Source: a virus. From it: DNA of 64,000 bases. A program made the position numbers and the translations under genes. Shown piece after piece: positions 9,214-19,438 of this stretch (its first letter is position 1; every line of letters begins with the position of its first letter). The stretch lies in IMG/VR virus record IMGVR_UViG_3300043420_001819, positions 1-64,000 of that record. One strand, given 5' to 3'. Under the pieces are notes generated by a model. The model had not been told where the DNA came from. It searched no databases and saw only the letters and a program-made list of their open reading frames with translations.

Positions 9214-9716
9214 GTGGGATTAGAGAGGATGTCTTACTGGGGTATTCACAACTACCAAAGAACTATGCGGTGCATTTATCGGATACTGTTGAAACTAAAA
9301 TAGAAATTCTTCAACAAAAATTATTAAATGCTATAAGTTCTGGTGAACCAAATATTTTATATGTTGATGGGACAGCAGAACCAATTTATAAAATGCTTAA
9401 AAATGAGTATACCCTTTCTGATATGTGGGGTATAGACTTTATTGAGTACTTTAATTCTACTTTCAATAAAGATGGAGAGGATTACAAAGTAAACCATAGA
9501 AAGTTTGTATTCATTTACAACGTAGGGTTAGAGAGAGCAATTAATACAGCATTCTCTTCAAGACTATTAAAAGCATTAATAAAAGATTTGAGGGATAGAG
9601 GTTGTTGGATTTTCATAGAATCTGTATTACAGTACCAAAAATTTACTACACAGTATGATATGGAAATAACTAATAGAACAACATTAAAAGTAAAAAAAGA
9701 AAAATCATTCTTATAG
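9201..9716 (+). CDS. degenerate DnaC/IstB-like protein (no Walker A)
   Basis: FVFIYNVGLE..SRLLKALI..R resembles the DnaC Walker B region; likely start 9210. Confidence 0.35.
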   Translation: MYSMSGIREDVLLGYSQLPKNYAVHLSDTVETKIEILQQKLLNAISSGEPNILYVDGTAEPIYKMLKNEYTLSDMWGIDFIEYFNSTFNKDGEDYKVNHRKFVFIYNVGLERAINTAFSSRLLKALIKDLRDRGCWIFIESVLQYQKFTTQYDMEITNRTTLKVKKEKSFL

Positions 9717-9725
9717 GAGAAAAAA

Positions 9726-9854
9726 ATGGAATTAATCGGAGCAGGAATTTTAGTAGCAATTGGGTTTTATTTAGCACCACTAGTAATTACACTTGTAGTG
9801 GGAGCATTTTTAGTAGTAGTGGGAGCAATTTCTTCCTTATTCAGCAGTAAATAA
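9726..9854 (+). CDS. small hydrophobic membrane protein (42 aa; not in ORF track)
   Basis: AGGAG RBS; almost entirely hydrophobic sequence. Confidence 0.65.
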   Translation: MELIGAGILVAIGFYLAPLVITLVVGAFLVVVGAISSLFSSK

Positions 9855-9863
9855 AGGAATGAA

Positions 9864-10088
9864 ATGAAACTTACAAATAAGGAAAGTATTGTTGATTTAC
9901 TAATCAGCACAGGAAAAGTATCAAGGAATGATACACGAAGAAACAGTATTAAGGGTTGTGGTAAAATTATCGCATCTCTTGTAAAAAAAGGTTGGGTAAT
10001 TAAAGGGGAGTATCAAATGGAACAAACATTATTTGGTACTGTAAAAGACTATGTTTATAGAGTAGAAAAGATACCTGAAATATGGTAA
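9864..10088 (+). CDS. small winged-helix-like protein
   Basis: I..LVKKGWVI..YRV pattern. Confidence 0.5.
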   Translation: MKLTNKESIVDLLISTGKVSRNDTRRNSIKGCGKIIASLVKKGWVIKGEYQMEQTLFGTVKDYVYRVEKIPEIW

Positions 10089-10098
10089 AAGGATATAA

Positions 10099-11472
10099 AT
10101 GAAAATTTATAAACGAGGAAAGTATTATATTAAAAAGTCTGATTTATCAAATTATAATACTAGGTATTTATTAAGTGCTTTTACTTATTATAATCATAAG
10201 AATGATACGTACAAACAATCAGTTGATTTTGGGAAAGAGTATGTATCATTCCCTAGAAATATTTTAAAGTTAAAAAAACTTTTTGATAAGTATGAAATAA
10301 TTGACCAAACAGTATTTCCAACTATTAGTAAAAAAGTAATCCTTAAAAGTTCTTTCTCATTAAAAAATTCTCAAGAAAAAGCTATGAGTGAAATTTTTAA
10401 AGAGCTTAAAAATAGAGAGGATGGTTCAGTTATTCTGAAAGCACCCCCAGGATTTGGTAAAAGTTATACACTCCCGTACATAGTATCAAAGGTACAAACT
10501 AACACACTGATTATTGTGGATAGAAGTAACCTTGCTGACCAAATGTATAAAGAGTTCACACATAATTGTGAAGATGTTGATATAGTAATCTTAGGAGGAA
10601 CTAGCAGAGAACCTTCTTCAATTACAATAGTAACTTTTCAATTTCTTATAAGAAATAAAAAGTTTATGGAAGACTATAAAGATTACTTTGGTTTGATAGT
10701 AGTTGATGAATGCCATGTTATAGGTTCTGATGTATTTACAAAATTAGTTGGGGTATTTAATGCAAAGTATAGATTAGGATTAAGTGCTACTCCAACTAGA
10801 TCAGACTTCATGACAGGTCTTTTACTGGATGTTATGGGAACTAAACTAGTTTCTGGAGAGTCAGAAGATAATCTTAATGTTACTCTCATAGCTACTAAAC
10901 ATGATGCTCATTTTATTTATATGGGTGGAATGGGACAGTATAAAAAAGCATTTGGTGAATTTTTAATTAGACCAAAAGTTTCAGACTCCGTATTCGAAGT
11001 AATGAATAATCTTAAAAAGCTTGGTAGATTTGGGTTACTTTATATTACTGAAGTTGATGCACAAGAAAACTATGCCGAAAGATTAAGAAAAATGGGATTT
11101 AGAGTTGGGGTTATTAATCAAAAAACACCTAAACAAGAAAGAAGTGATTACTTACTAATGATGGAAGAAGAAAAAATTGATGTGATAATATCTGGAACAA
11201 TTTTACAGAAAGGTATTTCTATAAAGAGGTTAGATTATGTTATTAATCTCTCTAACCTAACAGTAGAAGCACACGAACAGTTAATAGGAAGATTACGTAG
11301 GCATCATCCAACTAAAAAGAAACCATTATTTATAGATTTTTTATTTAATGGTAAACTTTTTTATAAAAGTTTGGATAGAATAGGGTTTGCACAAAAAGTA
11401 GCAAAACAACATAATGATAGTTATGTAAGTATTTCTTACGACAAACTATTAAAAAAATTAAAACAAGCATAA
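10099..11472 (+). CDS. superfamily 2 DNA helicase (UvsW / T5 D10-like)
   Basis: APPGFGKS, DECH, GLSATP.R.D and QLIGRLRR motifs. Confidence 0.9.
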   Translation: MKIYKRGKYYIKKSDLSNYNTRYLLSAFTYYNHKNDTYKQSVDFGKEYVSFPRNILKLKKLFDKYEIIDQTVFPTISKKVILKSSFSLKNSQEKAMSEIFKELKNREDGSVILKAPPGFGKSYTLPYIVSKVQTNTLIIVDRSNLADQMYKEFTHNCEDVDIVILGGTSREPSSITIVTFQFLIRNKKFMEDYKDYFGLIVVDECHVIGSDVFTKLVGVFNAKYRLGLSATPTRSDFMTGLLLDVMGTKLVSGESEDNLNVTLIATKHDAHFIYMGGMGQYKKAFGEFLIRPKVSDSVFEVMNNLKKLGRFGLLYITEVDAQENYAERLRKMGFRVGVINQKTPKQERSDYLLMMEEEKIDVIISGTILQKGISIKRLDYVINLSNLTVEAHEQLIGRLRRHHPTKKKPLFIDFLFNGKLFYKSLDRIGFAQKVAKQHNDSYVSISYDKLLKKLKQA

Positions 11473-11481
11473 AGGATTAGA

Positions 11482-12114
11482 ATGATTATTGATTATAAAG
11501 ACATAGAATTGTCACTACCAAAAATATATAAAGAGAAGAAGGTTACTACCAACAATGATTATGAGTTTTCACTCCCCTTTGGAAGTAACACAAATAAAAG
11601 AGTATTTAAAGATAAAAAAAATAATACTATTAATATCTTTGTATATGATGAGATTGGTCATATTAGCCAATACATTGAAGAAGTACGAGCTTTACAAAAA
11701 GCAAAAGAAGATACTACTGTTAATATCTTTTTAGCTTCATTAGGTGGAAGTTTAGACACAACTGCTTCTTTGGTTGAGATTATACGAGGGTGTAAAGGAA
11801 CTACAAACGCAATTGTTTCTTATGCTGCTAGTGGGGGTACTGCTATAGCTTTAGCCTGTGATAAGGTATCTTTACATAAACACTCTTACTTTATGCTTCA
11901 TAATTTTTCAGGTGGAGATTATGGAAAAGGTAAAGAACGCAGAGACCGTGCTGTTTTTGAGTATAAATGGACTAGTAAGTTCTTTTCAGATATATACTTA
12001 GGATTTTTAACTGCAGAAGAACTTACTTCAATGCAAGAAGATGATGATTTTTGGATGTTAGCTGATGAAGTTGAAGAAAGACTAATAAAAATAGGAAAAT
12101 TCAATGAGCTCTAA
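11482..12114 (+). CDS. ClpP-like serine protease
   Basis: S.GGS, AASGG (Ser) and FMLH (His) motifs. Confidence 0.8.
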   Translation: MIIDYKDIELSLPKIYKEKKVTTNNDYEFSLPFGSNTNKRVFKDKKNNTINIFVYDEIGHISQYIEEVRALQKAKEDTTVNIFLASLGGSLDTTASLVEIIRGCKGTTNAIVSYAASGGTAIALACDKVSLHKHSYFMLHNFSGGDYGKGKERRDRAVFEYKWTSKFFSDIYLGFLTAEELTSMQEDDDFWMLADEVEERLIKIGKFNEL

Positions 12115-12838
12115 CCCAGCTCTTGAATTTTTACAGTTTTTACAGCAAGGTAATATAAATACTTGTACTAATAAATGTTTATCTTTAATAGATTTATTTA
12201 GAACATCAAATATTTATATTAATAAAAATAAAATATATGTTACTGAATCAGAATTACCTATTATGTATCAGTTTAAGTATGATAAATTTATAAAACTTAT
12301 GAACTATGTAGAAACTGTAGATGTTACAGATGATATTATTATTTCTATTAATGATTTATTACGCAGTTGTTCACAAGCAGAGTTTATGGCTTATTATAAA
12401 ATTTTAACTACCCCTAAACATTCAAACCTAAGTATAAAAACTTATAATAAAGATGATTTAGGTTATTGTGTAGTACAACAAGTTCCTGATGGGAGTAACA
12501 GATTACTTGTAAAAGTAACAGAATCAGGAATTAAAGCAGTAAGAGGTACTCTAAATGATGTTTATAGAAAAACTATTGAGCAATTATTTAGTGATACAAA
12601 CGGTTATCTTGATTTTTATGAGAAAAACGGTATACTATATCTCCATGATATGGAAAGTTCACTCCCTACTTCGAGTAGAACGCTAAAGTTATTTCAAATA
12701 AGAAAGACAAAGAACTTACAAGTACTTACTCCGATGTTTGATGAAATAACAACAAACTCAACTAGTATTTACAAGTCTAAAAAAATGTTGTTCAAGCCTA
12801 TAAACGGTACATGGAAGGACATTTATAAAAATTTTTAA
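12104..12838 (+). CDS. hypothetical protein, possibly a degenerate ATP-dependent DNA ligase fold
   Basis: QQVPDGSNR in place of KxDGxR. Confidence 0.35.
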   Translation: MSSNPALEFLQFLQQGNINTCTNKCLSLIDLFRTSNIYINKNKIYVTESELPIMYQFKYDKFIKLMNYVETVDVTDDIIISINDLLRSCSQAEFMAYYKILTTPKHSNLSIKTYNKDDLGYCVVQQVPDGSNRLLVKVTESGIKAVRGTLNDVYRKTIEQLFSDTNGYLDFYEKNGILYLHDMESSLPTSSRTLKLFQIRKTKNLQVLTPMFDEITTNSTSIYKSKKMLFKPINGTWKDIYKNF

Positions 12839-12847
12839 GGGAAAAAG

Positions 12848-15412
12848 ATGAATATATTTACGCTAACGCCAAACGCTAAACCAAAAACATTAATTATGTT
12901 ACCAGAGTCTATTGCTAATAAAAATTCATATAATTTTTTATTAAGCAAATTAATCAGTCCTTACAATTTAAACGTTACGGACTATGCTTTTGCTGGTTTG
13001 TTTGTTCCAGAAAAAGGTAAATTAAAAAAAGAAACATTTGATATTGAAATAGAAACATTAAAAGATTACGTAGAAACGTACGGTATTGAAGTTATAGGTT
13101 GTGGTAATGCAGACTATTACCACTTTATGACTGGAGATAAGAAAATGTCTCTTAACTTTGGGAGAATTTTAGATGGAGTAAAGGAGTGTGAAGGGCTAAA
13201 GATTGCACCCATACTTAACCCTGTTATTCTAAATATGTTTCCTGCAAGGTCAAAAGAGCTTAATAGAGGAATTTCAGCTATTAAAAACTATCTATCCGGA
13301 GATTACACAGACCCAGTACAAACACTAAATCTTGAAATGAATAAAATTATTGTAGACCCTGATGAAGCTTATGAACATCTTAAAGCATGGATTGACGAAC
13401 CAGAACTATTTGTAGACATTGAAACTACTGGGTTAAGATGGTATGAGGATGATTTATTAACAATGAGTTTCGCAAGAAATGATAAGGAAGCATTTTGTAT
13501 AGCTATCCATAAAAAATATCATTCAGTAGAAGTATATAAAAAGATGAGGAATACCCTTAGTAGTTTCTTTAAACAGTATAAGGGTAGTTTTGTAGGACAT
13601 AACTTCATTGGGTTTGATACACCATTTCTTATTCATGAAATAATGAGAAAGAAAGACTTTAGCCAGAGACATGAGCCTATAGCTAACCTATTTAGGATTG
13701 AAGACTCAATGTTACTAGCCTATATTCTTTACAATAGTACTGAGAAACCATCAATTGGTCTTAAAGAACTAGCTTTTTCTTTTATGGGAGAATATGATTC
13801 AGACGTAGACCAAAGAGATTTATACAGTGCAGACCTTTATAAAGTAGCTACTTATAATAACTATGATGTTATTGCTACCTGTCGTATATGGAAACAATTA
13901 AATACAGAACTATTGGAAGAAAAGAATAAAAATTTAGCCTCAGTTTATAAAGAATTTAAAGAAATTGGTATTACCCTCATGAAAATGAAGATGAATGGGT
14001 TGAGGGTAGATAAAGAAAAAGTTGATGAAGCTTTTACTGAGCTTAAAGAATTATCAAAAGAAAAAAGAGAACTCTTTAACCAACATAGTACCATTAAAGA
14101 AGCAGAAACTTATTTAGCAAGAGAGAGGTTTAGAAAACATAATGCTAAATTAAAGAATAAAAAGTTATGGTCTGAGCACAAAGATGATTATTATGAACCA
14201 TTTAATGTAGGTAGCCCACAACAAAAACAAGTTCTATTCTTTGATATAATGGGATTACCTGTTGTAAAAATTTCTAAAACTTCAAAGAACCCTTCTGCTG
14301 ATAAAGAAGTTATTGAAGAGTGGTTACAATTAGACTTAAGTGATGATAAAAAAGAACTACTTCACTTATTAAGAGATATTATGGATGCTGATAAAGTAAG
14401 TGGTACATACTTACAAGTATTTATGAATAGTTCTGTTGAAGTAGCACCTAATCACTGGAAAGTATTTGCTAATTTTAACCAAACAGGTACTATTAGTGGT
14501 CGTCTTAGTTCATCAGGGGGTCTTAATATGCAGAACTTACCATCAAACAGTGTATATGGGTCACTTGTAAAGAAACTCTTAATATCTGATGATAATTGTA
14601 TTATTGGGTCAGTTGACTATGCAGCACTAGAGGATAGATTAATTGCTATTGAAGCTAATGACACCAATAAACTAAGGGTATTTACTGAAGGAATTGATGG
14701 GCATAGCTTAAATGCTAGTGCTTATTTTAAAAGACAGCTTGAGGAAAGAGGTATATTTATTGATATGGCTAGTGCTAAATCAATTAATCGAGTTAAGGAA
14801 GAAGCAGGAGACCTTAGACAGTCTGGTAAGAACGTAACATTTGGTATGAACTATGGTGCTTCTCCTAAAAAGATTGCTTCACAACTAGGAATATCTATTG
14901 ATGATGCACAAGAAATATATGATAACTATTGGAAACTATATGAACCTACTAAGGAATTTAATATTTTAGCTGTTAATGAGGCTAGAACAACAGGAGCTGT
15001 AGTATCAAGGTTTTCGGGTATTAGAGTTAAAATGGCTTCAATTGATGCTAAAGATGATTTTCTAAGGTCAAAAGAGGAAAGACGTGCGGCTAACTTTAAG
15101 ATACAATCAGGAAACTTCCTAACACTAAGAAGTTTACACCAATTTCAACTAGAGGTTGAACGTAATGGTTTTATTAATGATATACAAGTTTATAATACAG
15201 TTCATGACTCAATTTATATTATGATAAAAAATAACCCTAAAATTATTAAATGGGTTAATGAAAATATTATTGGTATTATGTGTAAAGATTATAAAGATAA
15301 TCAAGCACTAAGATTAGAGGCTGAATTAGACATTGGGTTTAACCAAAAAGAAGTTACAACAATTAAAAATAATGCTTCTGAAGAAGATATTATTAATGCA
15401 TTAGCTAAGTAA
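12848..15412 (+). CDS. polA: DNA polymerase family A with 3'-5' exonuclease and N-terminal UDG-like extension
   Basis: DIETTG and HN..FD (exonuclease), TISGRLSS, motif A DYAALEDR, motif B RQSGKNVTFGMNYG, motif C VHDSI. Confidence 0.95.
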   Translation: MNIFTLTPNAKPKTLIMLPESIANKNSYNFLLSKLISPYNLNVTDYAFAGLFVPEKGKLKKETFDIEIETLKDYVETYGIEVIGCGNADYYHFMTGDKKMSLNFGRILDGVKECEGLKIAPILNPVILNMFPARSKELNRGISAIKNYLSGDYTDPVQTLNLEMNKIIVDPDEAYEHLKAWIDEPELFVDIETTGLRWYEDDLLTMSFARNDKEAFCIAIHKKYHSVEVYKKMRNTLSSFFKQYKGSFVGHNFIGFDTPFLIHEIMRKKDFSQRHEPIANLFRIEDSMLLAYILYNSTEKPSIGLKELAFSFMGEYDSDVDQRDLYSADLYKVATYNNYDVIATCRIWKQLNTELLEEKNKNLASVYKEFKEIGITLMKMKMNGLRVDKEKVDEAFTELKELSKEKRELFNQHSTIKEAETYLARERFRKHNAKLKNKKLWSEHKDDYYEPFNVGSPQQKQVLFFDIMGLPVVKISKTSKNPSADKEVIEEWLQLDLSDDKKELLHLLRDIMDADKVSGTYLQVFMNSSVEVAPNHWKVFANFNQTGTISGRLSSSGGLNMQNLPSNSVYGSLVKKLLISDDNCIIGSVDYAALEDRLIAIEANDTNKLRVFTEGIDGHSLNASAYFKRQLEERGIFIDMASAKSINRVKEEAGDLRQSGKNVTFGMNYGASPKKIASQLGISIDDAQEIYDNYWKLYEPTKEFNILAVNEARTTGAVVSRFSGIRVKMASIDAKDDFLRSKEERRAANFKIQSGNFLTLRSLHQFQLEVERNGFINDIQVYNTVHDSIYIMIKNNPKIIKWVNENIIGIMCKDYKDNQALRLEAELDIGFNQKEVTTIKNNASEEDIINALAK

Positions 15413-15422
15413 AGGATATTTA

Positions 15423-15743
15423 ATGTTTACTAAATTATTTAAAAAAGACAAACCTGTAGTAGTTAATACCCCTAAATTGGGGGTTGATAAAATAGTAGCT
15501 GTGTTTTCTATAAATGGAAGACTATATTTAAAAACTAATTGGGATACTGTAAAAGATATAAAAAATACTTTTATCCAAGCAGTTGAGGTTAAAATTATTA
15601 AGACTGGTAGCTTACACTATGGGGCTAAAATTATTAATCATTCCCCTAAACTATATGCAATTGCTGATAGAGATGGTAACTTATTAGATGGTGTAGAGCC
15701 TATTACCAACGATAATATCCGTTCTTACTATAAAGGGTTATAA
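15423..15743 (+). CDS. hypothetical protein
   Basis: ORF with AAGGA RBS. Confidence 0.7.
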   Translation: MFTKLFKKDKPVVVNTPKLGVDKIVAVFSINGRLYLKTNWDTVKDIKNTFIQAVEVKIIKTGSLHYGAKIINHSPKLYAIADRDGNLLDGVEPITNDNIRSYYKGL

Positions 15744-16966
15744 TGAATTTTGAAAAACTTACTCTTATTAGGTTATTACGTACAAAAGATTCAAAATTTC
15801 TATTATCATTGGCTGATAACCTTTTTATTCGCCCTATGAATAGGACTATTTTTAAGGCAATAAAGAACTATTACAAAAGATATGGAAAAATACCGTCTTC
15901 TGAAGTTTTAGCAGAAGCAATTAAGGTAAATTTTAATGATGATAAGGCTGAAAAATATACAGGTATGCTAGAGTGGTTTGAGCTATATGAAGGAGAACTC
16001 CCAAGTAATGAAGAACTTTACCAAAATTTAAAGGATGCCTATGTTCTTTTTCAAATAGATGATAATATTGAAAAATTAGTAGAATCTGCAAAGAATAAAG
16101 ATATTCCAGAAATAAAAAAATTAATAAATACTATTCAAGGAAATGCTGGTCATCATCATAAAACTCCTGAAAATATATTTGAGTTAGAGTATCTACCTTC
16201 AAAAATAAGAACAATAGACTCTAGTTTACTCTCTATGAGAAACGCAGGATTAAAAATGGGAGGTTTAGTAATTGTAGGGGGAACATCTGGTGGTGGAAAA
16301 AGTATTTTTACCCTACAACAACTAATGTACTCTTATAGTGTAAATAACCTTGATGTGTGTCTTTTGAACATGGAGTTAAGTACAGATGAAACAATCGCTA
16401 GAATGTACTCTCACGCAACTCAAACAGACTTTTCAAAAGTATATGGAAATTCAGAACCAGAAATGGTAGCTAAAGTTAATTCTTGGAAACAAAAATACTT
16501 TGGTAGAGAAAATGAATTTAGAATGAAGTCTGTAAGGTATAGTATTTCTGAAATAGAAGCTGTTGTAAGGCAACAAGCTGCTGATGGAATAGTTCTTTTC
16601 GGTATTGACTATCTACAAATTATTGATAGTGACTCAAGTATTGATGAGTGGAAACAGTTAAGAGACCTTGTAAGGCTTCTTCATCAACTAACACTTGAAC
16701 TACAAATAGTAATTGTAAGTCCTGTTCAGATTAATTTCTCTGATACTAGTTTAAAAGATAATGAGCTTAAAGTAACTGTACGTGGTTCTAAAGAACTTGA
16801 GTTTTCTAGTTCAGTATTTTTATTCATATATCAAAACACTGAAGAATATAATGAAAATATGGCACGTATTTTTACTGTTAAAGCAAGAAATGCCAAAAAA
16901 AATATTTATGTTGTACAAACAGATTTTAATCACATGGTGTTTAATGATACCGGAGTTATCTTATGA
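15743..16966 (+). CDS. dnaB: DnaB-like replicative helicase
   Basis: GGTSGGGKS, NMELS, IDYLQ and KARN motifs. Confidence 0.9.
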   Translation: MNFEKLTLIRLLRTKDSKFLLSLADNLFIRPMNRTIFKAIKNYYKRYGKIPSSEVLAEAIKVNFNDDKAEKYTGMLEWFELYEGELPSNEELYQNLKDAYVLFQIDDNIEKLVESAKNKDIPEIKKLINTIQGNAGHHHKTPENIFELEYLPSKIRTIDSSLLSMRNAGLKMGGLVIVGGTSGGGKSIFTLQQLMYSYSVNNLDVCLLNMELSTDETIARMYSHATQTDFSKVYGNSEPEMVAKVNSWKQKYFGRENEFRMKSVRYSISEIEAVVRQQAADGIVLFGIDYLQIIDSDSSIDEWKQLRDLVRLLHQLTLELQIVIVSPVQINFSDTSLKDNELKVTVRGSKELEFSSSVFLFIYQNTEEYNENMARIFTVKARNAKKNIYVVQTDFNHMVFNDTGVIL

Positions 16967-17841
16967 TGTTAAAAGAAATTATATATGACAAATTAACTGA
17001 AGCAGGTAATGTTATTAAGCCTTCAGGTAGTAAATTTATTCTTACTACCTGTTTAAACCCTAATCATAAAGATAAACACCCTAGTTTTTCTATAAATTTA
17101 GACACTGGCTATGGTGTTTGTTTTAGTTGTGGTTACAAAGTGGGTAAGAAGTATTGGTTATATGGATTAGAAGATGAAGAAGCAGTTGATGCTCTTGTTA
17201 GAAGTTCTTTATATAAAAGAATAGAAGATATGTATGATGACACCCCAGTAAGAACAAGAGAACTATTTATGCCACCAGTATCTGATGAAAAAATAACAAC
17301 TCCTTGGCGTTCTTTAACTAAAGAAACAATAGAAAAGTATAGTCTATACTACTGTGATACAGGACATTTTGAAGATAGAATTATCTTCCCAATGTGGGAT
17401 AAAGAAGGAACTATAATTGCGTTTAATTCAAGAGCTTTAGGGGAATGTAAAGAAGGGTTACAGAAGTATAAGTACTCTAAAGGGTTAGATGTTAATAAAA
17501 TTATATATCCCCCTGTTGAAAAAAATACAAAAGAAATTGTAATATGTGAGGGCATTATGGATGCTCTTAGTATGGTGCAGGAAGGAATACCTGCTATAAT
17601 GAACTTTGGAGTTAATTATACTTTTAGTTCTGAGAAAATTGCAACACTTTTAAAAAGTGGGGTAGAGACAATATACCTTGCTTTTGATAATGATGATGCA
17701 GGTAGAAGTGCTATCATTAAATATATGCAGTCTGAACTACCTGATTATTTTGAAGTAAGACATGCACGATTATATGATAAGTTAGCTCCTTTTTATGAGA
17801 GTGGTGCTAAGGATTTTAATGAATTTTTGGAGAAAAAATAA
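16963..17841 (+). CDS. dnaG: DnaG-type DNA primase
   Basis: CHC2 zinc finger (CLNPNH..CFSC); TOPRIM EGIMD and FDNDDAG. Confidence 0.9.
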   Translation: MMLKEIIYDKLTEAGNVIKPSGSKFILTTCLNPNHKDKHPSFSINLDTGYGVCFSCGYKVGKKYWLYGLEDEEAVDALVRSSLYKRIEDMYDDTPVRTRELFMPPVSDEKITTPWRSLTKETIEKYSLYYCDTGHFEDRIIFPMWDKEGTIIAFNSRALGECKEGLQKYKYSKGLDVNKIIYPPVEKNTKEIVICEGIMDALSMVQEGIPAIMNFGVNYTFSSEKIATLLKSGVETIYLAFDNDDAGRSAIIKYMQSELPDYFEVRHARLYDKLAPFYESGAKDFNEFLEKK

Positions 17842-18026
17842 TGGCTTTATATGACTATAAATGTTCAAATGAAAAATGTAAAAATAATACAGAGATTAAA
17901 CAAATAGTAATGTCAATGATAGATTACTCTGAGGATAAGTTACCTGTTTGTGAAGTATGCGGTAGTAAAGGGCAGAGAGTATATAACTCTACTGCTATGA
18001 AAACCCTTGAGGGCTATAGAAAATAG
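17841..18026 (+). CDS. FmdB-like zinc-ribbon protein
   Basis: MALYDYKC..C..CEVCGS. Confidence 0.75.
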   Translation: MALYDYKCSNEKCKNNTEIKQIVMSMIDYSEDKLPVCEVCGSKGQRVYNSTAMKTLEGYRK

Positions 18027-18028
18027 CT

Positions 18029-19438
18029 TTACTGAATAATAAACTCTTCAAAAGGAAGGCTTAATTGCTTTCCTTTTACTAATGAATAATCTGCAACCAT
18101 CTTAATTCCATTTTGACTACCGTTTACTCTATATTTTCCAACAGTAATATCAATATCACTAAAACAAGGTGTGTCTATAAGCATTTCAGTCTTTATACTA
18201 TACTTTGAAATACTACTTAACCGTTTATAACAGCTTGTACAAATCCCTTTTACGGTGTGTTTTACTATTTCACCACATACAGGACACTTTGATAACCCTA
18301 ATCCATTAATATTTTTTAGTTGAGTGGACACTTTATTTCCTAAAAATAATTTATCAACTAAAGTAACGTATCTATTATCTATTCCATCATTAACAAACTC
18401 TTCGGTTAGTCTATACTTATACTCTTCCCCGTTCTCAAGACGTAACCCTATTGGCATATACTCTTCATCTAATAAATAATCATAAATTTTTTCTATTTTT
18501 TCATGATACATAAACTGTAGTTTTATAATACCAGTAGAAAATAAAACATAATTTTGTTCTTTAGTATGTTTTAAAGACTTAATTAAGCCATCATCTGTTT
18601 CTATTTTTGTGTGTTGTGGGAATTTTAAATCAATATAAGGAGATTTAAAATCCATAAAAAATTCTTTAGTGTTAAATGAAAGTGTATTTAAGTCTACCTC
18701 CCTATTCCCTTTATATAATTTTAATATTGTTCTAGGATTATCGGAAACAACTAAAGGTATTAGTTGTTTTCCAAACCTTTTTTTATTCGTTTTAGAATAT
18801 ACAAAAATGCAACCAAAGTTATCATTAGCGAATGTCTCCTTGAAGTATGTACGAACAAGATTGCTTGATAAGTTACTGTATAGCTTATTAGGTGTTTTAA
18901 TTACATAGTATAAATTATTCTTTTTTCTAGCTGTTTTTGGTATTGTAAACAAATATGCGGGTAGTTTAGCCTTTGATAAATCAAAATTTCTAGTAATCCC
19001 TTTTATAGAATCTTCATAAGCATTATTTAATTTTTTAGGTAATTTAATAAAATGAGCAAAAATATCTTTCATTTCAAAAAGTTGTGGCAAAGTATCTAAT
19101 ATAAAATCTCTTCCGATATGCTTTACCAATACACCATTAAAAATATCTTTAATAACTTGTTGAGAAGCAATAGGTAATTTCTTAAACTCTACCCGTGCAG
19201 AAGTAGTATCCCCTTCTTGTAACCAGTAACATACTTTCCCAAGAGCTTCATAGATACTAATTTGTTGTTGATTTCTATTTGGGTTTAGTCCACAACTGAA
19301 ATTATAGTCATTCATAATTTCAAAAGAAGATAGTACTGAAAGTAGCTCAGAGTCTTCTTCTAAAAATTGTATAAATGAATTTCTATTTTGTGAAGGTAAT
19401 GAAGTTTTTATGCTTGAATAAAACTTGTAAATATCCAC
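18029..19438 (-). CDS. hypothetical protein with a C-terminal CxxC..CxxC motif; N-terminus ligase-like
   Basis: 469-aa ORF in the operon after the sigma gene. Confidence 0.6.
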   Translation of the reverse strand: MDIYKFYSSIKTSLPSQNRNSFIQFLEEDSELLSVLSSFEIMNDYNFSCGLNPNRNQQQISIYEALGKVCYWLQEGDTTSARVEFKKLPIASQQVIKDIFNGVLVKHIGRDFILDTLPQLFEMKDIFAHFIKLPKKLNNAYEDSIKGITRNFDLSKAKLPAYLFTIPKTARKKNNLYYVIKTPNKLYSNLSSNLVRTYFKETFANDNFGCIFVYSKTNKKRFGKQLIPLVVSDNPRTILKLYKGNREVDLNTLSFNTKEFFMDFKSPYIDLKFPQHTKIETDDGLIKSLKHTKEQNYVLFSTGIIKLQFMYHEKIEKIYDYLLDEEYMPIGLRLENGEEYKYRLTEEFVNDGIDNRYVTLVDKLFLGNKVSTQLKNINGLGLSKCPVCGEIVKHTVKGICTSCYKRLSSISKYSIKTEMLIDTPCFSDIDITVGKYRVNGSQNGIKMVADYSLVKGKQLSLPFEEFIIQ

